DNA of 64,000 nt from an uncultured Gemmatimonadaceae bacterium (GTDB lineage: Bacteria; Gemmatimonadota; Gemmatimonadetes; Gemmatimonadales; Gemmatimonadaceae). The stretch lies in contig CAVUDW010000003.1 in the NCBI GenBank assembly GCA_963740355.1, forward strand, positions 1,216,001-1,280,000, given 5' to 3'. Position 1 is the first letter of the stretch, and each line of letters opens with the position of its first letter. The position numbers and the translations under genes were made by a program. This document shows, piece by piece, positions 9,958 through 19,443 of this stretch. The notes under the pieces were generated by a model. The model was not told where the DNA came from and made no database searches. It saw nothing but the letters and a program-made list of their open reading frames with translations.

Positions 9958-11829
9958 TTGACCGTGCAACGATCGCCTCGCCAACCACGATCGGCTCAAC
10001 TGCTGCCGCCCGCGCTCGCCACTCGCGTGACGGCGGTCCCGACCGGAGTTGACTGGCTGCACGAATCCAAGCTCGACGGCTATCGCATCCAGTGTCACCT
10101 CAGGGAAGGCCGCGTCGTGCTGCTGACCCGCAATGGTCTCGACTGGACCGAGAAGTTTCCCACGATCGCGAAGGAAGCGAGCGCATTCCTCGATGGCCGC
10201 GACTTGATTCTCGACGGCGAGGTCGTCATGCCAGCGCGGCACGGTGAATCAGCGTTCCAGTCGCTCCAGCAGGCGATCAACACCCGGGCGACGCAACGCG
10301 TCACGTTCTGGGTGTTCGACCTGCTGCGGTACGACGGCATGGATCTTCGCGGACTACCGCTCGACGAGCGGCGCGAGGCGCTGCGCGCGGTGCTTCGCAA
10401 GTCGAAGGCGCATCCACGTATCCGGCTCACTCGTGAGCAGAAGGGCGCGCCGGATCAATTGCTCGCGGCAGCGTGCGCGAAGGGTGAGGAAGGCATCATC
10501 AGCAAGCGGCGCAGTTCGACGTATCGCGGTGGTCGCACGATGGATTGGCTGAAGATCAAGTGTGATCGTCAGGACGAATTCGTGGTCATTGGCTACACCG
10601 AGCCCCGCGGTTCGCGCGAGCACCTTGGCGCGCTGCTCGTGGCGACGAGGACCGGGCACGCCGGACCTCTGCAGTATGCAGGGCGCGTCGGCTCCGGCAT
10701 GGATGTCGCAACACTGGCAACGATTCGCCGGCGATTGCGCGCGCGAGATGAACAGCCCGCCGGCCTCAGCACGAAGGCCGCACTGCCGCGCGGAGTGCGG
10801 TGGGTCGAACCGACGCTCGTGATCAACGCCACATTCGCCGAATGGACGTCAGACGGTCTGCTGCGACAGGCCACCTTCGGCGGTATTCGAGAGGACAAGA
10901 CCATGCCGGACGTGCAGCGCGAGCGGATTGCGCCGACACCCGTTGTTGCGATCTCGCATGCGGACCGAATCGTGTACCCCGACAGTGGCATACGAAAACG
11001 AGACATCGCAGCCTACTTCGAGGCCGTCGCGCCGTTGATGCTGCCACACATCAAGGGCAGGCCGCTGTCCCTGCTCCGCTGTCCAGGTGGTGCCACGAGC
11101 GCCTGCTTCTTCCAGAAGCACTGGACGGCAGCACAGGGACATGCGGTCGCCACGCGCGATGTGCAGGAGAGTGATGGCTCCACGGACCCCTACGCCGTTG
11201 CGGCAAACACTCGCGACCTGCAGGCACTCGTGCAGTCCAATGCACTCGAGATCCACTGCTGGGGATCGAAGTTTCCGTCGATCGAGAAGCCCGATCGCTT
11301 GATCTTCGACCTGGACCCGGGACCGGGCGTCACATGGCCGGATGTTCGTGATGCGGCTCGCACCATACGCGCCCTCCTGGAGACTGCGAGCCTGTCGAGC
11401 TGGGTGAAGCTGAGTGGTGGCAAGGGCCTCCACGTCACGGTTCCGCTCACGGGCCCAGTCTCGTGGGACCAGGCGACACTGTTCAGCAAGCTGGTGGCCA
11501 CGCGCCTCGCAGCCATGCACCCAAAGCGTTTCACGAGTACGGTCGCGAAGCGCGCTCGTGACGGGAAGATCTTCATCGACTGGATGCGCAACACACGCGG
11601 TGCGACCGCCGTCGCGCCATGGTCGCTGCGTGCACGAGCTGGGGCGCCAATCGCAATTCCGGTCGGCTGGGAGGAACTGGACGGCATTCCACGTGGCGAC
11701 CTGATGTCGATTGCCGACGTGCTCCCGTATCTCCGTTCAATTCCGGAAGATCCGTGGCGCGACTTGCTCATGTGCAAGCAGCGGCTGACGGCAGCCATGG
11801 TACACACCGTTGGCCACGGCATCGGATAA
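9958..11829 (+). CDS. ligD: DNA ligase D (ATP-dependent ligase plus primase/polymerase domain)
   Basis: Ligase motif I ESKLDGYR, EEGIISKR, WLKIKC; polymerase motifs CFFQKH, PDRLIFDLDPG, KLSGGKGLHV, IFIDWMRN, VAPWSLRAR. No phosphoesterase domain seen. Confidence 0.96.
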   Translation: MTVQRSPRQPRSAQLLPPALATRVTAVPTGVDWLHESKLDGYRIQCHLREGRVVLLTRNGLDWTEKFPTIAKEASAFLDGRDLILDGEVVMPARHGESAFQSLQQAINTRATQRVTFWVFDLLRYDGMDLRGLPLDERREALRAVLRKSKAHPRIRLTREQKGAPDQLLAAACAKGEEGIISKRRSSTYRGGRTMDWLKIKCDRQDEFVVIGYTEPRGSREHLGALLVATRTGHAGPLQYAGRVGSGMDVATLATIRRRLRARDEQPAGLSTKAALPRGVRWVEPTLVINATFAEWTSDGLLRQATFGGIREDKTMPDVQRERIAPTPVVAISHADRIVYPDSGIRKRDIAAYFEAVAPLMLPHIKGRPLSLLRCPGGATSACFFQKHWTAAQGHAVATRDVQESDGSTDPYAVAANTRDLQALVQSNALEIHCWGSKFPSIEKPDRLIFDLDPGPGVTWPDVRDAARTIRALLETASLSSWVKLSGGKGLHVTVPLTGPVSWDQATLFSKLVATRLAAMHPKRFTSTVAKRARDGKIFIDWMRNTRGATAVAPWSLRARAGAPIAIPVGWEELDGIPRGDLMSIADVLPYLRSIPEDPWRDLLMCKQRLTAAMVHTVGHGIG

Positions 11830-11847
11830 CGCAGCGACCACCATCGA

Positions 11848-11887
11848 TCCCCACCCTGTTCCCCACCCTACTCCCCACCCTGGCCCC
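11848..11887. repeat. 12-bp tandem repeat (TCCCCACCCTnn) x3, G-rich on the minus strand
   Basis: tccccaccctgt tccccaccctac tccccaccctgg cccc, read directly. Confidence 0.75.
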
Positions 11888-11922
11888 GGCGCGGCCTTTC
11901 ACTCTTTGACTTCAGGCATCCC

Positions 11923-12459
11923 ATGGATTCGATCAACAACAATCAGGCAGAAGAGAATCGAGCTGACCTCAACAATGCCGCAGCGGTCGAGCGGATCCGC
12001 GAACTCGTGGACTCTGCCAAATCCTGCTTCTTCCGCACTCGCGCTGGCGGGAGCTCATCGACCGGCATCCGCCCGATGAGTGTCCAGCGGGTCGATGACG
12101 ACGGCAGCATCTGGTTTCTCAGCGCGAAGGACAGCCACAAGAATGCGGAGCTGGCCGTAGACCCCGCAGTCGAGCTGTTCTTTCAGGCATCAGCCCATTC
12201 CGGCTTTCTGCACCTGCGCGGCCAAGCCAGCGTCACCACGGATCGTCACGTCACCGACGAGTTGTGGGAACCGCTGGCCAAGGTGTGGTTCACCGAGGGC
12301 AAGGATGACCCGCGCATCACGGCCATCAAGGTGACACCGACCGATGGCTACTACTGGGACACGAAGCACGGTGCGGCCATCGCTGGCATCAAGATGCTGA
12401 TTGGTGTCGCGACCGGGCAGACGTTGGACGATTCGATCGAGGGAACGCTGCGCGTCTGA
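11923..12459 (+). CDS. Pyridoxamine-5'-phosphate-oxidase-like general stress protein
   Basis: RPMSVQRVDDDGSIWFLS..DSHKN, LWEPLAKVWFTEGKDDPRI...GYYWD. Confidence 0.88.
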   Translation: MDSINNNQAEENRADLNNAAAVERIRELVDSAKSCFFRTRAGGSSSTGIRPMSVQRVDDDGSIWFLSAKDSHKNAELAVDPAVELFFQASAHSGFLHLRGQASVTTDRHVTDELWEPLAKVWFTEGKDDPRITAIKVTPTDGYYWDTKHGAAIAGIKMLIGVATGQTLDDSIEGTLRV

Positions 12460-12462
12460 GCG

Positions 12463-14121
12463 TTATCGCGCCTGCGGCAGCATGATCTGCAGGCGCGATG
12501 CCTCACCCTTCCCGGCACGCGACACGGTCAACTGTCCGCCGTGCGACTTGAGCAGCTCCACTACGACCATGACCGCCACCGTGAGGATGTCACTGCCTCC
12601 ACCAGGCGCATGCGCGTCATCGAGATCGAGCGCTTGCGCGGTTGGGTCGTGCGATGCCGAGCCGCCATGGCCTTCGGCGATCGCGAGCACGAGATTGCCT
12701 TCGTGGTCATAGAGTGACGCCGTGACGGTAGCACCATGCTTGAGGCTCGCCGAGAGACGTTCCAGCAGGGTTGCCACGACCTGCGTCAACCGGACCTTGT
12801 CCCCTCGAATCACCGGCGTGTCGGTCTCGACCTTCACGACTACATGATGGTCGCGCTTCGAAAAGGCTGTCGTCAGCTGCAAGGCAGCTGTCTCGACGAT
12901 CTCGCCAAGATCGACAGGTTCGAGGTCGATGGTCAGTCGGCCCATGTTCAAGCGCGAGACATCGAGCAAGTCCGTGAGAAGCGTGAAGATATGCCCGATC
13001 TGCCGCTTCAGGACGAGCTCGAGGCGCTGCATGAGCGTCGGATCCATGCGCACCAGCGACAAGACATCAGCCGCAGACTGTAGTGGTGTGAGCGAGTTCC
13101 TCAGCTCGTGGGCGACCACGTTGAGCAGGTGTGACTGGTACTGCTTCGCCTCGTTCGCCTTCACCTGCTCTCGCTCGGCGTTGAGAATGTCGAGCTCGAG
13201 CCGTGCATTCGTTGCCTTGAGGTCGGCGAGGCTGGTCTGCGCCTCAGCCAGCGCGATCTCGAGCAATCCAATGGGGTCGCTCGGTTCAGCCGCGACACCG
13301 GTGTCATGCGTCGAGCTCAGAGGCTGGTGTTGCGCCGAGGCGAAGGCAACGCCATTGCCATTCCGCTTGGCCACGTACATCGCGGCATCCGCGCGCTGGA
13401 TCAGCACTTCCTGATCCTCGCCATCATCGGGGTAGAGACTGATGCCGATGCTGGCCGAGATGGCAAAGGTGGAGTCACCGATCCGCACGGGCTCGCGCAG
13501 CACCGTCGTGACCTTGTGGGCAAAACGGGCGGCGCTCTTCGCGTCACCGACTTCGCTCAGCAGGATGAGGAATTCGTCACCACCGTGGCGGCACACCGTG
13601 TCCACGTCGCGGCCGGCATCCTTGAGGCAGTTTGCGACGTAGCGGATGATCATGTCGCCCACTGCATGGCCGTGGGTGTCGTTGATCTCCTTGAAATGGT
13701 CGAGATCCACGAACATCACCGCGACCCGCGACTTGCGACGACGAGCGTGCGCCAGCGCTTGCGAGAAGCGGTCGCGGAAGAGCACGCGATTCGGCAGGCC
13801 CGTCAGCGCATCGACGTCAAAAGGCCGCGCTGCGCGCTCGAGGTGTTCGCGCGATTCCTCGGCGACGGCCGAGGCATGCAGCGCAGTGACGGCGAGCAGC
13901 TCCGATGCTTCGAGGATCTCCTCGGTGACGATGACCGGCAGTTCCTGTGTGACCACACGAATGCGACCGAGCAGTCCCTGCACCAAAGCCGGTACGTCGG
14001 CCGACGGTTGTGGGTCAGGCCTGCCGCCACTCGCGGCCGATTCATCGCGTTGCGGTGACGAATCCAAGGGTGTCGGCGGTTCGATGACGTCCAAAACGTC
14101 CGGGAGAGGGCTCACACGCAT
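12463..14121 (-). CDS. Diguanylate cyclase (GGDEF) fused to HisKA and a degenerate HATPase
   Basis: DALTGLPNR, DLDHFKEINDTHGHAVGD, RDVD I-site, GGDEF, ADAAMY; then a coiled coil and VVAHELRNSLTPL; ATP-binding boxes eroded. Confidence 0.85.
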   Translation of the reverse strand: MRVSPLPDVLDVIEPPTPLDSSPQRDESAASGGRPDPQPSADVPALVQGLLGRIRVVTQELPVIVTEEILEASELLAVTALHASAVAEESREHLERAARPFDVDALTGLPNRVLFRDRFSQALAHARRRKSRVAVMFVDLDHFKEINDTHGHAVGDMIIRYVANCLKDAGRDVDTVCRHGGDEFLILLSEVGDAKSAARFAHKVTTVLREPVRIGDSTFAISASIGISLYPDDGEDQEVLIQRADAAMYVAKRNGNGVAFASAQHQPLSSTHDTGVAAEPSDPIGLLEIALAEAQTSLADLKATNARLELDILNAEREQVKANEAKQYQSHLLNVVAHELRNSLTPLQSAADVLSLVRMDPTLMQRLELVLKRQIGHIFTLLTDLLDVSRLNMGRLTIDLEPVDLGEIVETAALQLTTAFSKRDHHVVVKVETDTPVIRGDKVRLTQVVATLLERLSASLKHGATVTASLYDHEGNLVLAIAEGHGGSASHDPTAQALDLDDAHAPGGGSDILTVAVMVVVELLKSHGGQLTVSRAGKGEASRLQIMLPQAR

Positions 14122-14414
14122 GTCATGCTCCTGACATTCCTGCCGAATACGAAAACCACATCACGGAGTGATTCAGGGAACTTCTGGTAGTGTTTCAGCA
14201 ACAGGCCTCGGACAGGGGCAAAAAAACGCGATGAGCCTGGCGCTTGAGGCGCCACACCCATCGCGAACGGAGGACCAGATCTTCCTCCACTCCGACCCTT
14301 TCGCTTGTCGCGGTAAGCAAGGGCAACTCCCGCGCCACCGCAATGAGGAAACGCAGTCAATCGGACCCTGACCGCTCAGGATTCATCAGCTCGGCACACG
14401 AGTGCCGCTGCGAA

Positions 14415-14777
14415 TCACCTGCGGCGCTTGAAGCCGAGTCCGATGAGCACGCCCACCGCCGCCACGGCCAGCAGCGCCTTGCCCGGATGTTCGCGCACGA
14501 GATCCTCGACATCACGCATCACGCCGCGCGGGCCGTTGGTACGGAAGTATTCGCCGGAATCGGACACGGCGCGTGCGGCGCGGCGGGTGGCGCCGTCGAC
14601 ACGCTTCCGCGCACGTGAGAGGCCTTCCTCAACTGCCTCGCGGCCATCGTCGAGCTTCTCCGACGCGCGCGCGATGCCATCGTTCAGGTGCCGCGCGGCA
14701 GTATCGGCCTGCTCGCGCAAGTCGCGGCCGAGGGTGGCGGCGCCATCCTCGAAGGCATCCAGAATCGAATCACTCAT
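14415..14777 (-). CDS. DUF883 / ElaB-YqjD family tail-anchored protein
   Basis: Amphipathic helices, then VREHPGKALLAVAAVGVLIGLGFKRRR. GGAG precedes ATG 14777. Confidence 0.8.
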   Translation of the reverse strand: MSDSILDAFEDGAATLGRDLREQADTAARHLNDGIARASEKLDDGREAVEEGLSRARKRVDGATRRAARAVSDSGEYFRTNGPRGVMRDVEDLVREHPGKALLAVAAVGVLIGLGFKRRR

Positions 14778-14882
14778 GTGGCAGTTCTCCAGCGGGGAAG
14801 GTGAAGCCTCACGCTCAGTCGCAGCCTCGTGCGCTGCAAAGCGCACTCGAGGTTCCGCGGCACCGAACGACAATCGCAAAAA

Positions 14883-14920
14883 ACGGTACGATGAACAGAT
14901 GACTGTGTTCATCGTACCGT
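14883..14920. terminator. 15-bp stem hairpin downstream of bcp
   Basis: acggtacgatgaaca ... tgttcatcgtaccgt, with a T-tract on the minus strand (aaaaaa at ~14878-14883). Confidence 0.7.
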
Positions 14921-15021
14921 CAACAGGGGACCCAATGTTCCCCCTATTTCACTTCACAACCTGATTTCGAGAAACATCACCGCTCGCGAGCCGCACTCAT
15001 CCACGGTGGGAGCAGTGTCTC

Positions 15022-15483
15022 TCAGAGCGCGGCGAGCGCGGCTGCAACTTCCTCCGCATGTCCCGCCGGCTTCACCTTCTCGAACACCTGACGCAGCACA
15101 CCCTTGGCGTCGATCAGGAAGGTCGTGCGCTCCACGCCCATGTACTTGCGCCCGTACATGCTCTTCTCCTTCCAGACGCCGTACTTCTCGGCAATGGCAT
15201 GTTCGGTGTCTGCCAGCAGTGTGAACGGCAGGTCGTACTTCGCCTTGAACTTCTGGTGGCTCTTCACGCCATCGGGACTGATGCCGAGGATCACGGCTCC
15301 GCCCTTCTTGAATCGCGGCATCGAATCGCGGAATTCACAGGCTTCGGTGGTGCAGCCCGAGGTGTCGTCCTTCGGATAGAAATAGAGAACGACGTTCTGA
15401 CCCTTGAGGTCCTTCAGCGCGAGCTTCTCACCGGTGTCGGTTTCGAGGGAGAAGGCGGGCGCAGCTTTTCCGATGGTAGGCAT
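15022..15483 (-). CDS. bcp: Thioredoxin-dependent peroxiredoxin Bcp/PrxQ
   Basis: LYFYPKDDTSGCTTEACEFRD, YGVWKEKSMYGRKYMGVERTTFLID. Confidence 0.96.
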   Translation of the reverse strand: MPTIGKAAPAFSLETDTGEKLALKDLKGQNVVLYFYPKDDTSGCTTEACEFRDSMPRFKKGGAVILGISPDGVKSHQKFKAKYDLPFTLLADTEHAIAEKYGVWKEKSMYGRKYMGVERTTFLIDAKGVLRQVFEKVKPAGHAEEVAAALAAL

Positions 15484-15561
15484 TGGAGCGGGTGTGGGCG
15501 TGTGAGGTCGAGTCTTCCAGTCAGGCAAACAGCAATCGCCAGCTCGGTGTTTCTGGTGCGC

Positions 15562-16506
15562 CTACGCCCGCACCTGCCCCGTGTGCAACGTCTCGCCACC
15601 CAGCAACACCGCCATCACCGCTTTCTGCACGTGCAGCCGGTTCTCGGCTTCGTCCCAGACGCGGCTTTGCGGGCCGTCGATCACGCCAGCGCTCACCTCC
15701 TCGCCACGATGCGCCGGGAGGCAGTGGAGGAAGATCGCACCGCTGGTCGCACGCTTCATCACCGCCTCGTCGACGATGAATCCCTTGAATGCCTTCACGC
15801 GCTCGGCGTGCTGTGCTTCCTGGCCCATGGAGGCCCAGACATCGGTTGTGACGACGGTCGCACCATCGGCGGCTTCGGCGGGATCGCGCATCAGGCGCAC
15901 ATCGGTCTGCTTCTGCGCGCGCGCCAGCAGGACAGGATCGGGGTCGTACCCTTCCGGGCAGGCCAGTCGCAACGCAAAGCCGAATGACGCCGCCGCATCG
16001 ATCCAGGAGTTGGCCATGTTGTTGCCATCACCGATCCAGGCCACCGTCTGCTTGCGTTCGTCATTCAGGTGCTGACGCACGGTGAGGACATCGGCCAGTA
16101 CCTGGCAGGGATGCTGCAGGTCGGTGAGGCCATTGATGACCGGGACCTGCGCGTGCTTTGCGAGATTGAGCACGTCATCATGGGCGAAGGTCCGGATCAT
16201 GATGCCGTCCACGTACCGGGTCAGCACCTGCGCGGTGTCCGATAGCGGCTCTCCACGACCGAGCTGCACATCGCGATCGGAGAGGAACAAGGCATGGCCA
16301 CCGAGCTGGAAGGTGCCCACCTCGAACGAGACTCGCGTACGGGTGGACGACTTCATGAACAACATCGCGAGCGTCTTGCCGCGGAGTGGCCGTCGATCGT
16401 AGTCACTGCGGCGCATCCGGTCCGCGAGGCGCAACAGGGCATCGAGCTCGAAACGGTCGAAATCCGTGATGGCAATGAAGTCGCGATGATGGCGCTCAGC
16501 GGACAT
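15562..16506 (-). CDS. argF: Ornithine carbamoyltransferase
   Basis: SSTRTRVSFE, HPCQVLAD, TDVWASMGQE, FLHCLPAHRGEEV, AENRLH. Confidence 0.97.
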   Translation of the reverse strand: MSAERHHRDFIAITDFDRFELDALLRLADRMRRSDYDRRPLRGKTLAMLFMKSSTRTRVSFEVGTFQLGGHALFLSDRDVQLGRGEPLSDTAQVLTRYVDGIMIRTFAHDDVLNLAKHAQVPVINGLTDLQHPCQVLADVLTVRQHLNDERKQTVAWIGDGNNMANSWIDAAASFGFALRLACPEGYDPDPVLLARAQKQTDVRLMRDPAEAADGATVVTTDVWASMGQEAQHAERVKAFKGFIVDEAVMKRATSGAIFLHCLPAHRGEEVSAGVIDGPQSRVWDEAENRLHVQKAVMAVLLGGETLHTGQVRA

Positions 16507-16866
16507 GGCAGCCTGGCAGGAAGACAGATGTCGGGGCCGGTAGGACCGGGAAAGAGGTGAACCTAGCGCACCTGTCCAGACAGCGGCTCGACAGGAAGCG
16601 GCGACACCCCATCGGACTCGGAGTCCAAAATCTGCCTGAGATATTATCTTCTCATTTCACTCGCACCCTGCCTGGCCGTTGGCGTGTGGGGGTGAGTCCC
16701 GACGCTCGAGTGGACGCGCGTCGGCGGCACGGGCGCCTGGCGTCACGGCCGTCGAGCTAGCGGACTCAGGCATGGAGTGCTACGGGTCCCTGTTGCCTCG
16801 GTTGTACAGCTGACGTGCGCCAATGGCGGTGCCGCGTCGAGGCCGATCACTCCCTACAAGAGCCGG

Positions 16867-19392
16867 ATGCCTATTTCGCCAGCGGGCGATCGCTTGTCGC
16901 ATGAGACACTCAGAAAGATTTTCGGTTTTGCCGCCACGTCGCTGGTCTTTCTGCTGTGCGTCTGGGTGGTCGATCGCAACACGCAGCGGTTGCATGCGTC
17001 CAGCCAGACAGTGGCGCACTCGTACCAGGTCGGCAACGCGCTCGAGTCGATGCTCTCGACGCTCAAGGATGCGGAATCGGCGCAGCGCGGGTACACCATC
17101 ACGGGTGATGAAGCGTTTCTGCAGCCGTATGCGGCGGCGACGATTCGTGTGTGGCGCAATTTCGAGTCGCTGCAGACGCTCACCGCCGACAACTCGGTTC
17201 AGCAGGCACGCCTGGTGGACGTGCGCACGCGACTGGTCACGAAGCTGGCGGAGATGGACAGCGTCGTTCGCGTGCGGCGCGTGAATCCGGATGAGGCCAG
17301 CGCGCTGGTGCGAAGCGGCCGCGGGAAGCGTTTCATGGATTCGCTGACCGCCACCGTGGCGACGATGCAGAAGGAAGAACAGCGACTGATGGCGCTGCGC
17401 ACCGAGCAGAACGACGGTGTCGTGCGACAATCCGCCATGGTCGCGATCCTCGCGGGGCTGTTGAGCGTCGGCATCGTCGTGCTGCTCTACCGCTTCGTGC
17501 GCCGAAGTGAGCGGCTGCAAGAACAATCAGCGGAGACGATTGCCGCGCAGCGCGAACAGCTGCAGATCACATTGACGAGTATCGGCGACGGCGTCATCGC
17601 CACGGATGCCCAAGGGAATGTCACGTACCTGAACGCCGTGGCGCAGGAACTGACCGGCTGGACGACCGAGACCGCGGCCGGCAAGCCGTTGACGGAAATC
17701 TTCTCGATCGTCAACGAATCGACGAGGCTTCCGGTAGAGAATCCCGCGCTGCGTGCGCTCCGCGAGGGGCGCATCGTGGGGTTGGCCAACCATACGATCC
17801 TCCTCTCGCGCGACGGCGCAGAACGCCCGATCGATGATTCGGCCGCGCCGATCCGTGCGAAGGACGGCAGCATCACTGGCTGTGTGCTGGTCTTCCGCGA
17901 CATCAGCGATCGTTACGCTGCCGAACGCCGGGAACGGGAAGCGCAACAGGAGATGGCCGCGACACTGGAAAGCATCACCGATGCCTTCCTGCGGATCGAC
18001 GGCGATTGGCGTGTCCGGTACCTGAACGCCGAGGCTGAACGTCTCACGCGCCTGCCGGCGAGCGATACGCTGGGCGAACCGTTCTGGGAGCTGTTCCCCG
18101 ACCTCAAGCACACACCGCTGGAAAAGAACCTGCGAGAGTGTGCCGCCAGCGGAGCGGCTCGAGACTTCGAGCACCACAGCGAACGCTGGGATCGCTGGTA
18201 TGCGGTGCGGTGCTACCCGGGGCGCAACGGCGGCGTCAGCATGCACTTGCGCGACACCACTGCGGCGCGACGCGCAACCCAGGCGCTACGGGCGAGTGAA
18301 GATGACCTGGACTTTGCGCTGGCGTCTGCCGATCTCGGGCACTGGTCGTTCAATCTTCGCGATGGATCGTCACGTCGGACGCCACGGCACGACGAGATCT
18401 TCGGTTTCGATGCGCAGCGCGACTGGACGTACGAGGTCTTCCTCGAGCATGTCCATCCGACCGAACGTGACGCCGTCGACCGCGCGTTTCAGCAGGCGGT
18501 CGCCACTGACGGCATCTGGGACATCCAGTGCACGATCCGCCGCGGCGATGGCGTGGAACGACAGATCTGGAAGACGGCGCGGATCAAGCGCGGGAGCGAT
18601 GGCAGGATCGAGAAGATGCTCGGCATCGTTGGTGACGTAACAGAGCAGCGTCAGGTCGAGACGGAGCGAACACGTGCCGAACTCGCGCTACGCGACGCCG
18701 ACCGCCGGAAGGACGAGTTTCTCGCCACGCTGGCTCATGAGCTGCGCAATCCGCTGGCCCCGATTCGCAATGGTCTCGAAATCATCCGGATCGCTGGGGA
18801 AAATCCGACCATCGTGGAGCGGACACGCGTCATGATGGATCGCCAGATGAATCAGATGGTTCGGCTGGTGGACGACCTGCTGGATGTGAGTCGTGTCACC
18901 AGCGGCAAGCTCGAGCTGCAGCGCGAGCGATTCGAGATGCACCTGATGGTCGACATCGCCATCGAGACATCGCGCCCGTTGATCGATGCGGCCGGGCTGA
19001 CGCTCTCCGTGCTGATGTCGAACGAGCCGATCATCATGCAGGGCGATGTGACACGCCTCGCACAGGTCATCTCCAACCTGCTCTCGAACTCGTCCCGCTA
19101 CACGCCACGCGGCGGCAGGATCGTCTTGCGCGTCGAGCGCGAGCCGGGCGTGGTCGTCGTCTCGGTGACGGACGACGGCATCGGCATTCCGCAGCCGATG
19201 CTGGAAAGCATCTTCGGCATGTTCACGCAGGTCGACCGACGCCTCGAGAAGGTGTCCGGCGGCCTGGGACTCGGCCTGTCATTGGTGAAGGCAATCGTCG
19301 AAGGGCATGGAGGCACCGCCGAGGCACGCAGCGATGGCGAAGGCCACGGCAGCGAATTCGTGATCCGACTTCCATTGGAGTCGGGGGAATGA
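16867..19392 (+). CDS. CHASE3 and multi-PAS membrane sensor histidine kinase
   Basis: TM, CHASE3 (DAESAQRGYTITGDEAFLQPY), TM, three PAS domains, FLATLAHELRNPLAPI, GGLGLGL. No receiver. Start placed at ATG 16867. Confidence 0.92.
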   Translation: MPISPAGDRLSHETLRKIFGFAATSLVFLLCVWVVDRNTQRLHASSQTVAHSYQVGNALESMLSTLKDAESAQRGYTITGDEAFLQPYAAATIRVWRNFESLQTLTADNSVQQARLVDVRTRLVTKLAEMDSVVRVRRVNPDEASALVRSGRGKRFMDSLTATVATMQKEEQRLMALRTEQNDGVVRQSAMVAILAGLLSVGIVVLLYRFVRRSERLQEQSAETIAAQREQLQITLTSIGDGVIATDAQGNVTYLNAVAQELTGWTTETAAGKPLTEIFSIVNESTRLPVENPALRALREGRIVGLANHTILLSRDGAERPIDDSAAPIRAKDGSITGCVLVFRDISDRYAAERREREAQQEMAATLESITDAFLRIDGDWRVRYLNAEAERLTRLPASDTLGEPFWELFPDLKHTPLEKNLRECAASGAARDFEHHSERWDRWYAVRCYPGRNGGVSMHLRDTTAARRATQALRASEDDLDFALASADLGHWSFNLRDGSSRRTPRHDEIFGFDAQRDWTYEVFLEHVHPTERDAVDRAFQQAVATDGIWDIQCTIRRGDGVERQIWKTARIKRGSDGRIEKMLGIVGDVTEQRQVETERTRAELALRDADRRKDEFLATLAHELRNPLAPIRNGLEIIRIAGENPTIVERTRVMMDRQMNQMVRLVDDLLDVSRVTSGKLELQRERFEMHLMVDIAIETSRPLIDAAGLTLSVLMSNEPIIMQGDVTRLAQVISNLLSNSSRYTPRGGRIVLRVEREPGVVVVSVTDDGIGIPQPMLESIFGMFTQVDRRLEKVSGGLGLGLSLVKAIVEGHGGTAEARSDGEGHGSEFVIRLPLESGE

Positions 19393-19443
19393 CGGTAACG
19401 CAGTGATGCCGTACCGTCACTCATCACCCATCGACGGCGTTCG

